From Jatrophihabitans sp. (GTDB lineage: Bacteria > Actinomycetota > Actinomycetes > Mycobacteriales > Jatrophihabitantaceae), in NCBI GenBank assembly GCA_051000605.1, contig JBPCOE010000118.1, positions 16,682-80,681 of the forward strand: a stretch of DNA of 64,000 nt. Reading direction: 5' to 3'. Under the pieces are notes generated by a model that had not been told where the DNA came from, did not search any database, and saw only the letters and a program-made list of their open reading frames with translations. The position numbers and the translations under genes are program-made. Below, piece by piece: positions 1 to 10,080 of the stretch (position 1 is the first letter of the stretch; every line of letters begins with the position of its first letter).

Positions 1-442
1 GGCGGGCATCGGCGAGTTGCTCGGCCAGCCCGCCGCCCCACTCGACCGCGGTGACCACCGCGGCGGCATCGACGTCCAGGTCGAGCTCGTCGACCTCGTC
101 GAGCGAGCCCAGCCGGTAGGCGTCGACGTGCACGAGCGCGATCTCGCCGTCCGGGCCCGCGGGGTGCACCCGCGCGATCACGAACGTCGGCGACACGACC
201 GGGCCCTGCACCCGCAGCCCGGCGCCGATGCCCTGGACGAGAACGGTCTTACCCGCGCCGAGTGGTCCGGTGAGGATGAGCAGATCGCCGCGCCGCAGGA
301 CGGTGGCCAGCAGTGCGCCGAACCCCTTCGTGTCCTCGGCCGTCGGCAATGTGAGGGTCAGGTTGCTCATCGCGTCGCGGGACGCGTCGTCCAGATGCAC
401 CCGGGGACCGGCCGGTTGTCCGGGGCCGTGCATGGGATTCAT
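1..442 (-). CDS. tsaE: tRNA threonylcarbamoyladenosine biosynthesis ATPase TsaE (3' end runs off the window; start at 442 or 370)
   Basis: Manual translation gives GPLGAGKT Walker A, SPTFVIARVH and HVDAYRL motifs; lies downstream of alr as in other actinobacteria. Confidence 0.9.
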   Translation of the reverse strand, partial: MNPMHGPGQPAGPRVHLDDASRDAMSNLTLTLPTAEDTKGFGALLATVLRRGDLLILTGPLGAGKTVLVQGIGAGLRVQGPVVSPTFVIARVHPAGPDGEIALVHVDAYRLGSLDEVDELDLDVDAAAVVTAVEWGGGLAEQLADAR

Positions 443-1557
443 GAGGCGCCCCCAACGTACGTCCGCTGGACCCGCGGCCCGATACGCGTGACGATCTCGT
501 AGTGGATCGTCCCCACGACGTCGGCCCAGTCCTGGGCGGTCGGTTCGCCGCGATCGCCGGGTCCGAACAGGACGACCTCGTCCCCGGCGTCGACCGCGAG
601 ATCGCCGACGTCGACAATGACCTGGTCCATGCAGACCCGTCCGCTGATCGGGAACCGCTGCCCGTTGATCCACACCGGCCCGGCGCCGGACGCGTGACGG
701 GGCACACCGTCGGCGTAGCCGAGCGGCACGAGCACCAGCGTGGTCTCCCGCGTGGTCGTGTACTCGTGGCCGTACGAGACGCCCTCCCCCGCCCGCACCC
801 GCTTCACGCCCGCAGCGGCCGCCCGCAGCGTCATCGCCGGCGTCAGCCCGAAGTCGCCCGGCACCGGGGGCAGTCCGTACACCGCGATCCCGGGCCGGAC
901 GAGGTCGAGGTGCGCCTCGGGCAGCGTGAGGGTCGCCGCGGAGTTTGCCAGGTGCTTCAAGGGCGGCTCGACGCCCGCGCGGGCCGCGACCTCGACCGCG
1001 TCGTGGAACGCCGCGATCTGCTTGACGATGGTGGGGTGCCCGGGTTGGTCGGCGTAGACGAAGTGGCTCCAGACGCCGACGGCATCGACCTCGTCGGCGG
1101 CCTCGGCCTTCGCGACGGCGGCCACGAGATCGGGCCAGTCGGTGACGTAACTGCCGTTGCGTGACAGACCGGTGTCGATCTTTAGGTGGATCCGGGCCGC
1201 GAGGCCGGTGGCGCGCCCCGCGGCCAGCACGGCGTCGAGTTGCCAGGCGTTGCTGACCGACACGTCGACGTCGGCGATCAGGGCCCGCTCGATCGTCCCG
1301 GCCTCGTCCGGCGTCCACAGCCACGACAGCAGCGGGACGGTAACCCCGGCCGCGCGCAGCGCGATCGCCTCGTCGACGATCGCGGTGCCGAGCCAGGTGG
1401 CCCCGCCGGCCAGGGCACCCCGGGCGGCCGGCACGAGCCCGTGACCGTAGCCGTCGGCCTTCACCACGGCCATGACCTCGGCGGACGTACCGGCCTTCAT
1501 CGTCGCGACGTTGGCTGAGATCGCGGACAGGTCGACGACGGCCTCGGTGCGCAACAC
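439..1557 (-). CDS. alr: alanine racemase
   Basis: AVVKADGYGHG PLP-lysine motif; LGYADG and GRVCMDQ motifs. Confidence 0.97.
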   Translation of the reverse strand: MLRTEAVVDLSAISANVATMKAGTSAEVMAVVKADGYGHGLVPAARGALAGGATWLGTAIVDEAIALRAAGVTVPLLSWLWTPDEAGTIERALIADVDVSVSNAWQLDAVLAAGRATGLAARIHLKIDTGLSRNGSYVTDWPDLVAAVAKAEAADEVDAVGVWSHFVYADQPGHPTIVKQIAAFHDAVEVAARAGVEPPLKHLANSAATLTLPEAHLDLVRPGIAVYGLPPVPGDFGLTPAMTLRAAAAGVKRVRAGEGVSYGHEYTTTRETTLVLVPLGYADGVPRHASGAGPVWINGQRFPISGRVCMDQVIVDVGDLAVDAGDEVVLFGPGDRGEPTAQDWADVVGTIHYEIVTRIGPRVQRTYVGGAS

Positions 1558-1700
1558 CTCACCAGTATCCCGGAGCGTGATGAGGGGCGAGCGTCGCGGT
1601 GATCGACGGCTTGGACACTATCTCGCTTCCTCGGCCAGTGTGAACCACACCACCGATCCTGCCGAGACTTGCTCCGGGCCGTAGCCGCCTGTGGACAATC

Positions 1701-3122
1701 TCAGCCCCGTGCAATCGCGCGCAACGCCGGCCGGAGGGCGTGCAGCACGTCGACGGACGACGGCGGGCCGTCCGCAGCCGCGAGCTGACCGGCCACGCCG
1801 TGGACGTACGCACCGGCCGCCGCGGCGAGCGGCGCGTCGACGCCGGCGGCCAGCAGCGAGCCGATCAGCCCGCTGAGCACGTCGCCGCTGCCGGCGGTGC
1901 CGAGCCACGGCGTGCCGGTCGGGTTGACCCACACCCGTCCGTCCGGGGCCGCGACGATCGTGGCGTTGCCCTTGAGCAGGACGACGGCGTCCAGAACGGC
2001 CGCGGCGGCGCGCGCGGATCCGATGCGGTCAGCCGACGGACCCTTGGCGATACGCGCGAACTCGCCGTCGTGCGGCGTGAGGACCGTCGGCGCACTACGT
2101 CGGCGCACGAGTTCGGGTGACGAGCCGACCAGCGTGATCGCGTCGGCGTCGGCGATCACCGGCAGGTCGGTGGCGAGCACCTCGGCGAGCAGGTTCCGCG
2201 CGGCGTCATCGGTGCCGATGCCGGGCCCGACCGTCCACGCCTGGACGTGCAGGTCGCCGGGCCGGGCGCCGTCCTGCACCACGATCTCGGGGTAGCTCGC
2301 GCGGATCGCCTCGGCCGCCGTGCCTGCGTAGCGCACCATCCCGGCACCGCCGTTGATGGCGGCGCCGGTGGACAGCACGCCGGCGCCGGGGTAGGTGGCC
2401 GATCCGGTGACCAGCCCGACGACCCCGCGGGTGTACTTGTTGTCGGCCTCGCCCGGCGACGGCAGCAGCGCGGCGACGTCGGTCGCCTCGAGCACGTGGA
2501 TCCGCGCCGGCGGCAGCGTCGCGTCGAGCCCGATGTCGACGAGCCGCACCACGCCTGCGCGCTCCGCGCCCGTCCCCACGATCAGCCCGGGCTTGAGCGC
2601 GCCGAAGGTGACGGTGACATCAGCGCGGATCGTGTCCTCGCCGGCCTCGCCGGTGTCGGCGTCGACGCCCGACGGGATGTCGACGGCAACCGTGCAAACC
2701 GAGCGCGCAGCGAGCGCGAGCGGGATCGCCGCCTCGCGCAGGCCGCCCTTGCCGCCGATGCCCACGATGCCGTCGACGACCAGGTCGGCGTCGAGCGCAA
2801 ATCTGTCCGGCGCTGCCCGGCGCCCGCCCGCGCGCTCGAGTGCGGTCAGTCCCCCGGCGTGCGTCTTCTCCGGCGCGAGCAGCACGGCGGTGACCCGCGC
2901 ACCGCGCCGGGCGAGCAACGCACCGGCGTAGAGGGTGTCGCCGCCGTTGTTGCCGGCGCCCACGAGCAGGACGACGCGGGCGCCGTAGACGCGCTCGAGC
3001 AGGCGCGCGCACTCGACGGCCAGACCCTGCGCCGCCCGATCCATCAGGGCGCCGTCGGGCAGCCGCGCCATCAGCGCGTCCTCGGCGGTTCGGATGTCGG
3101 CAACCGGGTGAACTCCACGCAT
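1701..3122 (-). CDS. nnr: bifunctional NAD(P)H-hydrate epimerase/dehydratase
   Basis: GAGNNGGD (YjeF-N), DIPSG, KYTRG, LTPHDGEF, GSGDVLSG motifs. Confidence 0.93.
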   Translation of the reverse strand: MRGVHPVADIRTAEDALMARLPDGALMDRAAQGLAVECARLLERVYGARVVLLVGAGNNGGDTLYAGALLARRGARVTAVLLAPEKTHAGGLTALERAGGRRAAPDRFALDADLVVDGIVGIGGKGGLREAAIPLALAARSVCTVAVDIPSGVDADTGEAGEDTIRADVTVTFGALKPGLIVGTGAERAGVVRLVDIGLDATLPPARIHVLEATDVAALLPSPGEADNKYTRGVVGLVTGSATYPGAGVLSTGAAINGGAGMVRYAGTAAEAIRASYPEIVVQDGARPGDLHVQAWTVGPGIGTDDAARNLLAEVLATDLPVIADADAITLVGSSPELVRRRSAPTVLTPHDGEFARIAKGPSADRIGSARAAAAVLDAVVLLKGNATIVAAPDGRVWVNPTGTPWLGTAGSGDVLSGLIGSLLAAGVDAPLAAAAGAYVHGVAGQLAAADGPPSSVDVLHALRPALRAIARG

Positions 3123-3131
3123 GCGAGCTAT

Positions 3132-3503
3132 CTACCCGCTCTCGGCGATCACGGTCGCCGAGGCGATGCCGCCGTCATGCGACAGCGAGACGTGCCAGCG
3201 GGTGACCCCCAGCGAGTCGGCGCGTGCGGCGACGGTGCCGCGCACCTCGACGGACGGGCGTCCCCGGTCGTCTACCAGCACCTCGGCGTCGGTCCACAGC
3301 ATCCCGCCCCCCGCCCCGAGGGCCTTGGCGATGGCTTCCTTGGCTGCGAAGCGAGCAGCGAGGGACTCGGCCGAGCGGGCATCGCCGTGTGCGGTGACCT
3401 GCTCGGCCGGGGTGAACAGGCGGTTCGCCAGGGCCGGCGTGCGTTCCATCGCCCGGGCGAAGCGCGCGACGGGGACGACGTCGATCCCCACCCCGATGAT
3501 CAT
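3132..3503 (-). CDS. acpS: holo-ACP synthase
   Basis: [24 protein letters not shown] motifs. Confidence 0.95.
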   Translation of the reverse strand: MIIGVGIDVVPVARFARAMERTPALANRLFTPAEQVTAHGDARSAESLAARFAAKEAIAKALGAGGGMLWTDAEVLVDDRGRPSVEVRGTVAARADSLGVTRWHVSLSHDGGIASATVIAESG

Positions 3504-4538
3504 CTACCGCGCGGCGGTCGGCGATCCGGCGGCGGCCGGCTCGCCCGGCTCCGGGGCGTAGTCGGACAGGTGCCCCGGGAAGGCCGACTTGCCGGGGTTG
3601 AGATAGGCGAACGCGTTGTTGACCGCCGTCGCGACCTCGCCGAAACCGGTGGCGATGAGCTTGACCTTGCCGTCGTAGTCGACGATGTCGCCCGCGGCGT
3701 AGATGCCCGGCACGGACGTCTGCCCGGTGGTCGACGTCATGATCTGCCGCTTCTGGATGTCGATGCCCCACTCCATCAGCGGGCCCAGGTTCGCGGTGAA
3801 GCCCAGCGCGGCGACAAGCTTGTCGCACGGCAGGAGAGTCGGGGCGTCCGCACCCTTGACGGTGACCTCGACCTCGGTGACGTCCGGATCGCCGCGTACC
3901 GCCGAGACCTGCGCGTCGGTGATGATCCGCACGCTCGACTTTGTGACCAGTTCGACCGAGTGCTGGTGGGCGCGGAACTCGGCGCGCCGGTGCACGACGG
4001 TGACGGACCGGCCGATCGGCTCGAGCATCAGCGCCCAGTCGAGCGCCGAGTCGCCGCCGCCGACGACGACGATGTCCTGACCCCGATAGACCGTGGGGTC
4101 CGGGACGAAGTGCACGAGGCCACGGTTGAGGTACTCGCTACCCGTAGGCAGCGGGCGGGGCGTGAACGTCCCGATGCCGCCGGTGATGACGATGGCCCGG
4201 CACTCGATGCGGTGCCCGGTGGCCGTCGTGATCCCGAAAGTTCCGTCGCCACGCTCGAGTCCGACGGCCTGATGGCCCAGCTGGTAGGAGGGGTTGAAGG
4301 GCTCGGCTTGCTTGAGCAACTGCTCGACCAACGCACGGCCCTTGATCGCCGGGAACCCCGCGACATCGAAGATCGCCTTCTCGGGGTACATGGCCGTGAT
4401 CTGGCCGCCGGGCTCTTCGAGCGAGTCGAGTACCGCGGTCGTGAGCAGACGAACACCGGCGTAGTAGGCGCCGAACAGGCCCACCGGCCCGGCCCCGACG
4501 ATGAGCAGATCGACCGACTTCGCAGGGGTGCTGGTCAC
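3504..4538 (-). CDS. ferredoxin--NADP(+) reductase / thioredoxin reductase-like FAD oxidoreductase
   Basis: GAGPVG, GGQITAMYPEKAIFD, GGGDSALDW and GIYAAGD motifs; no CxxC. Confidence 0.85.
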   Translation of the reverse strand: MTSTPAKSVDLLIVGAGPVGLFGAYYAGVRLLTTAVLDSLEEPGGQITAMYPEKAIFDVAGFPAIKGRALVEQLLKQAEPFNPSYQLGHQAVGLERGDGTFGITTATGHRIECRAIVITGGIGTFTPRPLPTGSEYLNRGLVHFVPDPTVYRGQDIVVVGGGDSALDWALMLEPIGRSVTVVHRRAEFRAHQHSVELVTKSSVRIITDAQVSAVRGDPDVTEVEVTVKGADAPTLLPCDKLVAALGFTANLGPLMEWGIDIQKRQIMTSTTGQTSVPGIYAAGDIVDYDGKVKLIATGFGEVATAVNNAFAYLNPGKSAFPGHLSDYAPEPGEPAAAGSPTAAR

Positions 4539-4556
4539 GCATCCACCTTATCGGGG

Positions 4557-6413
4557 CTATTCGACCGTGACGGACTTCGCCAGGTTGCGCGGCTTGTCGA
4601 TGTCGAACCCGCGGGCCTTCGCGATCTCAGCGGCCAGCACCTGCAGCGGCACCGTCGTGACGAACGGCGAGAGCAGCGTCGGCACGCGCGGCACCTCGAT
4701 GTAGTCGTTCGCGAGCGCACGCGCGGCGGTGTCGTCGGGTTCGCTGATCACGATGGTGCGGGCGCCGCGGGCCTTCACCTCGGCCACGTTGGACAGCATC
4801 TTCTGGTGCAGCACCGGGCGTCCGGTCGGCGAGGGCATGACGACGACCACGGGCAGGCCGTCCTCGACCAATGCGATCGGGCCGTGCTTGAGCTCGCCGG
4901 CCGGGAAACCCTCGGCGTGCATGTACGCGAGTTCCTTGAGCTTCAGCGCGCCCTCGAGCGCGACCGGGTACCCGACGTGCCGCCCCAGGAACAGGATCGC
5001 CTTCGACTGCGCGATCTCCTGCGCCAGTGCTCGCACCGGGTCCATCGTCGCGAGCACCGTCTCGATGGCCTGCGGGACCGAGCACAGCGCGTCGTACTCG
5101 CGGGTGACCTCGTCGCCGTACTTCGTCCCGCGCGCCTGCGCGAGCGCGAGCCCGACCAGCTCGACGGCGGCCACTTGGGCCAGGAACGTCTTCGTCGCGG
5201 CAACCCCGATCTCCGGCCCTGCGTGGGTGTAGAGCACTGCGTCGGACTCACGGGGGATCTGCGCGCCGTTGGTGTTGCAGATGGCCAGCACCTTGGCGCG
5301 CTGCTCGACGGCGTGCCGGACGGCCTCGAGCGTGTCCGCGGTCTCGCCGGACTGGCTGATCGGGACGACCAGGGTCTGCCGGTCGAGCACCGGGTCGCGG
5401 TAGCGGAACTCCGAGGCCATCTCGACCTCGACCGGCACCCGCGTCCAGTGCTCGATGGCCTGCTTGCCGATCAGCCCGGAGTGGTAGGCGGTGCCACAGG
5501 CAACGATGAAGACCTTGTCGATGTCGCGCAGTTCCTGCTGGTCCATGCGCTGCTCGTCCAGAACGATCTGGCCGCCGACGAGATGCCCGAGCAGCGTGTC
5601 TCGAACCGCGGCGGGCTGCTCCTCCATCTCCTTGAGCATGAAGTACTCGTAGCCGCCCTTCTCGGCGGCGGTGAGATCCCACGAGATCGTGAACGGCGTG
5701 CCCTGCGCGGGTGCGCCGTCGAAGTCGGTGATCGTGTATCCGTCGCGGCTGATCTCCACGATCTGGTTCTGGCCGAGCTCGACGGCCTCGCGAGTGAACT
5801 CGATGAAGGCGGCGACATCGCTGCCGAGGAACGTCTCGCCGTCGCCCACGCCCACCACGAGCGGGGAGTTGCGTCGGGCGGCGACCACGACGCCGGGCTG
5901 TTCGGCGTCGACGACCACGAGCGTGAACGCGCCCTGCAGGCGCCGGCAGACTGCCCGCAACGCGTCGGCGAGCGAGCCGCCCGCAACAGTCAGGTGGGCG
6001 GCTACGAGATGCGCGACGGTCTCGCTGTCGGTCTCGCTGGTGAACTCGACGCCGGACGCTTCGAGCTCGCTGCGCAAGGCGGCGAAGTTCTCGATGATGC
6101 CGTTGTGGACGATCGCGATCCGGCCGGTGGAGTCGGTGTGCGGGTGGGCGTTGCGGTCGTTCGGGGCGCCGTGGGTGGCCCAACGGGTGTGACCAATCCC
6201 GGTGGTGCCGGTGAGCGGTCGTGTGGCGAGTTCGCCGGCGATGTCTTTGTCCAGGTTCTCGATGCGACCGGCCTTCTTGGCGACCTGCAGTCCGCCGTCC
6301 CCGATGATCGCGACGCCCGCTGAGTCGTACCCGCGGTACTCGAGGCGGCGCAGCCCGTCGACGACGACGTCCAGCGCAGGCCGCGACCCGACATATCCCA
6401 CGATGCCGCACAT
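4557..6413 (-). CDS. glmS: glutamine--fructose-6-phosphate aminotransferase
   Basis: MCGIVG N-terminus, GHTRWATHG, SQSGETAD, PRNLAKSVTVE C-terminus. Confidence 0.98.
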   Translation of the reverse strand: MCGIVGYVGSRPALDVVVDGLRRLEYRGYDSAGVAIIGDGGLQVAKKAGRIENLDKDIAGELATRPLTGTTGIGHTRWATHGAPNDRNAHPHTDSTGRIAIVHNGIIENFAALRSELEASGVEFTSETDSETVAHLVAAHLTVAGGSLADALRAVCRRLQGAFTLVVVDAEQPGVVVAARRNSPLVVGVGDGETFLGSDVAAFIEFTREAVELGQNQIVEISRDGYTITDFDGAPAQGTPFTISWDLTAAEKGGYEYFMLKEMEEQPAAVRDTLLGHLVGGQIVLDEQRMDQQELRDIDKVFIVACGTAYHSGLIGKQAIEHWTRVPVEVEMASEFRYRDPVLDRQTLVVPISQSGETADTLEAVRHAVEQRAKVLAICNTNGAQIPRESDAVLYTHAGPEIGVAATKTFLAQVAAVELVGLALAQARGTKYGDEVTREYDALCSVPQAIETVLATMDPVRALAQEIAQSKAILFLGRHVGYPVALEGALKLKELAYMHAEGFPAGELKHGPIALVEDGLPVVVVMPSPTGRPVLHQKMLSNVAEVKARGARTIVISEPDDTAARALANDYIEVPRVPTLLSPFVTTVPLQVLAAEIAKARGFDIDKPRNLAKSVTVE

Positions 6414-6423
6414 GGCGAGAATC

Positions 6424-7248
6424 CTAGCCGCGTGGCGACGGGCTGCCCGATTGCGACGGCGCCGACGGGCTGGGTGTCCCGGTGTCCGACGGGGTGGTTG
6501 GCGGGGTCGTGGTCGGCGCGGCTGTCTGCGGCGCCGTCTTCGTGACCGCCGGCGCGGTCTGCGTCACGGTCGGGGTCGTGACGACGACCGACGGCGTGAC
6601 CGTCGTCGTGACGGTCGGTACGGGAGGTGGCAGCTTGTCTTTCGAGGTGCCGACGCCGAACAGGGTGGTGCCCGAGCCGGAATCGCCGCGCACGAGGTCG
6701 GTGACCGGACGTCCGGCCAGCATTTCGACGCTCGTGACGACGGCGAGGACGGCCGCGAAGACGCCCGCGGCGACGAGGGCGACGCGTCGCCAGGCGAGGG
6801 CCGGCGTGGCCGCGGGCCGGCGGGGATCCGACCGCTCGGCACCACGTGCGCGCTGCCCCCCGGCCGCGGGCAACGTGGGCGGTCCGTCGCACGGCTCCGG
6901 GCTCGCTTCCCGCCGGCCCGGGCCGCACTGCGAGCTAATGATCGTGGGGGACGCCGGGTCGGTCCGGGTCCGCCGCGCGGGCACGACCACGCGGACGCGC
7001 TCGCGGGTCGAGCGCAACGACTGGCCGTAGACGGCGTTGCCGATCGCGGTGGCCACACTTGCGACGGCCGCGCCGATGATCGTCCCGCTGACGCCGAGGT
7101 AGGACGCGACGAACGTGGCTGTGATCGCAGCCAGCGCAGTGGCCGCGAGTTGGGTCGCGGACAGATCGAATCGCGGCACTCGCCGGCGCCGGCCGAGCGG
7201 GTGGACGGACGTCCGGTCCAAGTCCGGTTTGACGTTACTAGTAGTCAT
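6424..7248 (-). CDS. hypothetical membrane protein with Pro/Thr-rich C-terminal tail
   Basis: N-terminal hydrophobic helices, a third TM segment, then a PT-rich low-complexity tail. Confidence 0.7.
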   Translation of the reverse strand: MTTSNVKPDLDRTSVHPLGRRRRVPRFDLSATQLAATALAAITATFVASYLGVSGTIIGAAVASVATAIGNAVYGQSLRSTRERVRVVVPARRTRTDPASPTIISSQCGPGRREASPEPCDGPPTLPAAGGQRARGAERSDPRRPAATPALAWRRVALVAAGVFAAVLAVVTSVEMLAGRPVTDLVRGDSGSGTTLFGVGTSKDKLPPPVPTVTTTVTPSVVVTTPTVTQTAPAVTKTAPQTAAPTTTPPTTPSDTGTPSPSAPSQSGSPSPRG

Positions 7249-7445
7249 ATCTACGTCAGCGTGCCAGTCCTGCAAGCGTTTACGGAACCCGGCTCACACC
7301 GCTCTAAGCCAAGGCGATACCTACTTCTGCAGTGACGAGTCCGAGACGCGACGACCACCCCCACGTCCGCCCGGGCGGACGTCCCAATGCAGGCGAACCG
7401 GACCGAACCAGTCGATCCTGTTGACACTCGCCGGCGTGACCGGTC

Positions 7446-8135
7446 TCAGAGGGTCACCGTGACCAGCAGCTTCCCGTGGTCGCCGTAGAGCGTGAGACGA
7501 CGCAGTTCCGAACGCGGGACGTCCGTGGATTCGGTGACCTGCGCCCGTCCCTCGTAGCTGGCGTCCCAACTGCCGGCGTCGTGAGATGAGCCGTCCGCGG
7601 CCAGCGCGACGAGGCGGCAGTGCTCATGGCGCGGCAGGCCCGTCGACGTGAGCTCGAGCCGCGTACCCGACTTTGCGTCGGTGGCGGCGACCCGCAGGTG
7701 CACGTCACCGGCCGTTCCACCGGCGATGGTCGTTGCCGGCTGGGACCAGGACGAGGACACGGCGATGCCGATCGCCGTTCCGCCTCCGGCGAGGACGACA
7801 CTCGCCGCAACCGCGACCAGCCAGCGCTTCGACCGGAGGCGTCGCTTCGCTGACAGGTCGGCCGGCTCGGACTCAGGCCCGGAGGATTCCGGTTCGGACA
7901 CCTCGACGGCGCCGGCGATGCGGGCGAACAGAGCGGGCGACGGCGTGGGCGACGACACGTCGTCGACCGACAGGCTCGCCAGGGCGGGGACGACCGATTT
8001 CAGCTCGGTCAGCTCGGTGAGGCAGTCCGGGCAGGACGCCAGGTGTGCCTCGACCAGGTGCTGGTCGGCCCGCTCGAGGGCCCCGAGGGCGTAGGCGCCG
8101 AGCGAGAACCGGGCAGCGTCGCAGCGGTCGGTCAT
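7446..8135 (-). CDS. zinc-binding (ZAS/zf-HC2) membrane anti-sigma factor
   Basis: LGAYALGAL...HLASCPDC (HxxxCxxC), one TM helix; ATGA overlap with the sigma gene. Confidence 0.88.
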   Translation of the reverse strand: MTDRCDAARFSLGAYALGALERADQHLVEAHLASCPDCLTELTELKSVVPALASLSVDDVSSPTPSPALFARIAGAVEVSEPESSGPESEPADLSAKRRLRSKRWLVAVAASVVLAGGGTAIGIAVSSSWSQPATTIAGGTAGDVHLRVAATDAKSGTRLELTSTGLPRHEHCRLVALAADGSSHDAGSWDASYEGRAQVTESTDVPRSELRRLTLYGDHGKLLVTVTL

Positions 8136-8671
8136 GTGATCACCCCGCGCTCGGTCAGCGCCAGCTTGAGTGCTTTCAAGGCGTAGAAGGTGCGGGATTT
8201 CACGGTCCCGGCGGGCACGCCGAGTTGCTGCGCCGCCTCGGCGACAGTCCGTTCGGCGTAGTAGGTCTGCATGATCACGTCCCGATGTTGGGCGGACAGT
8301 GCCGACAGCGCGTCGAGCACCACGATACGGTCGAGACCGGCCTCGACGTCGGCGGCGTCCGCGGCGGACATCAGCGCGATGTCCCCTGCGGCGCCCCCGA
8401 TCTCGGTCGGACGAGCGGTCCGGCGTCGGTGATGGTCGATGGCGATGCGGCGGGCGACCGTGAACAGCCACGGCCGCATCGATCCTTGATTCGTGTCGAG
8501 CGCGTGCCGATTCTGCCAGGCCCGGACGAGCGTGTCCTGCACGATGTCCTCGGCCCGTCCTCGGTCCCCGGCGGTCAGGTGCAGGGCGAAGCCGAGCAGC
8601 GGGCCTGCGTGCTCGTCGTACAGCGCGCGCAGCTGCTGCTCGGCTGCACCCTCCACCTGTGTCACCACCAC
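8132..8671 (-). CDS. ECF RNA polymerase sigma-70 factor (SigL-like)
   Basis: AEDIVQDTLVRAW, WLFTVARR, GVPAGTVKSR region 2 and region 4 motifs. Confidence 0.92.
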   Translation of the reverse strand: MVVTQVEGAAEQQLRALYDEHAGPLLGFALHLTAGDRGRAEDIVQDTLVRAWQNRHALDTNQGSMRPWLFTVARRIAIDHHRRRTARPTEIGGAAGDIALMSAADAADVEAGLDRIVVLDALSALSAQHRDVIMQTYYAERTVAEAAQQLGVPAGTVKSRTFYALKALKLALTERGVIT

Positions 8672-9120
8672 GAGGTCGTCGCACCGCCGCGCGCCTGCCG
8701 CCAGACGAGGCCGGCGAGCGCGGCCAGGATCACGGCGCCGGCGATCTCGGTGATCGCCGACTGCCAGTAGAGCGTGGCACGCGCGGATTCGACGAAGCCG
8801 AACAGGCCGTGCAGCGTGGTCAGGATCAGACCGCCCACGGTGCCGAGTTCGAGCAGGGCGCCCAGCGCGGCGAACACCGGCAGCCAGCGGCGGGGCACGC
8901 CCAGCACGGCGACGGTCAGCACCGACGCGGCGGTGGCGTTCAGCAGAAACAGCGTGCCGATGGTCGGGACAGAGCGGTAGCCGACATCCCAGAGATAGGC
9001 GTGGATCCCGGCATTGGTCGCGAGCAGACCGGCGCCGGCGATGCGCAGCGCGGTGACGGCGGCGGACGTGATGACGCGTCGACGCCGAAATGAGGACGGT
9101 CTCATGGCAAGGACGGACAT
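8662..9120 (-). CDS. hypothetical multi-pass membrane protein
   Basis: About four hydrophobic helices; in operon between the cupredoxin and sigma genes. Confidence 0.7.
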   Translation of the reverse strand: MSVLAMRPSSFRRRRVITSAAVTALRIAGAGLLATNAGIHAYLWDVGYRSVPTIGTLFLLNATAASVLTVAVLGVPRRWLPVFAALGALLELGTVGGLILTTLHGLFGFVESARATLYWQSAITEIAGAVILAALAGLVWRQARGGATTSWW

Positions 9121-9121
9121 C

Positions 9122-9565
9122 TCAGGCGACCTGCACCGTCTCGTCCATGCCCTCCATCTTGTGGTTCCCGACCGAGCAATAGATCTCATAGCTGCCGGCC
9201 TTCAGCGTCACGGTGACAGTGCCCGAGGACGCGGGGGAGACATCGCCCGTGCTCTTGTCCTTGACACCAGGCCCGTCGACCGTGAAGACATGGATGATCG
9301 ACCCGGCGTTCTTCACGTGGAAGGTGTAAGTGCCCGGCTTTAGCCTCTTCGAGCTCAGCGCGATGTGGAACTCGGTCTCGGTCGCGGTCTCGGACGTGCC
9401 GTTACCGCCAACCTGTTGCTGGGTCGAGCCGGTCGCCGGCGGCGGTGCGGCGGCGGTGCTGTTCGCGCCGCCAAGGCTGCTCCCGGATGAGCTGCAGGCG
9501 GCGAGCGCGATGGCGGCGGCGCCGGTCGCGGCGATGACGGGGATCCGGATGCGGTTGGTGGTCAT
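9122..9565 (-). CDS. cupredoxin (blue copper) domain lipoprotein
   Basis: Lipobox ALAAC; His plus YC-SVGN-H-KMEG-M type-1 copper ligand pattern. Confidence 0.8.
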   Translation of the reverse strand: MTTNRIRIPVIAATGAAAIALAACSSSGSSLGGANSTAAAPPPATGSTQQQVGGNGTSETATETEFHIALSSKRLKPGTYTFHVKNAGSIIHVFTVDGPGVKDKSTGDVSPASSGTVTVTLKAGSYEIYCSVGNHKMEGMDETVQVA

Positions 9566-9723
9566 GAGAGCTCCTCGGGATAGATGCTGCAGGGATAGCG
9601 AGGCTGTGGTGAAGATCAGGTGGCGAGAAGGCGGTATCGCTCGGTCGAGGTCTCGACCTGCCTGCCGCGCAGGGCGGCGACGATGATCGCGAATCTGTTG
9701 CGGGACCGCATTTCAACTCCTCC

Positions 9724-10080
9724 GTGTCACGACCACTCACTACGGGCCTCGTCAGGACTGCACGCACGGCACGCCCTTCCGGTTCACCAAGCGTGAATGT
9801 CTCGAAATGCGACCCGCATGCCACACCGCCGGAGCGCCGGGAATCCTCGGTCCGGACTCGGGCGCTCGTGATCGGCCAAACGGTGGTGCTCGACACTTGT
9901 GACCGCGGGGCGACGGCAGGGCTGAGCGTCCCGGCTGTGAAGTCAGCCTGCGCCGTAACGGAGGAGGAACCTCCCAGCACGACACCGCTAGTCAACTGGC
10001 CCGATGATCGTGCTCATCTGACTTTCCGCGCATCGGTTGTTGACGCATTTCTGATGTTGGGCGTCGATGACGCGGGATGA
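9724..10080 (+). CDS. hypothetical protein (weak)
   Basis: ORF only; stop overlaps the next ATG (ATGA); no recognisable motif. Confidence 0.25.
   Translation: MSRPLTTGLVRTARTARPSGSPSVNVSKCDPHATPPERRESSVRTRALVIGQTVVLDTCDRGATAGLSVPAVKSACAVTEEEPPSTTPLVNWPDDRAHLTFRASVVDAFLMLGVDDAG

Noticed and set aside
2247-6323. 1358-aa plus-strand ORF and other long antisense ORFs (e.g. 27466-29490, 51730-53484)
   Set aside because: Shadow ORFs opposite well-conserved genes, expected at this GC content; no protein motifs.
6413-6480. glmS ribozyme upstream of glmS
   Set aside because: Only about 10 nt separate glmS from the upstream gene, and no ribozyme core was seen.
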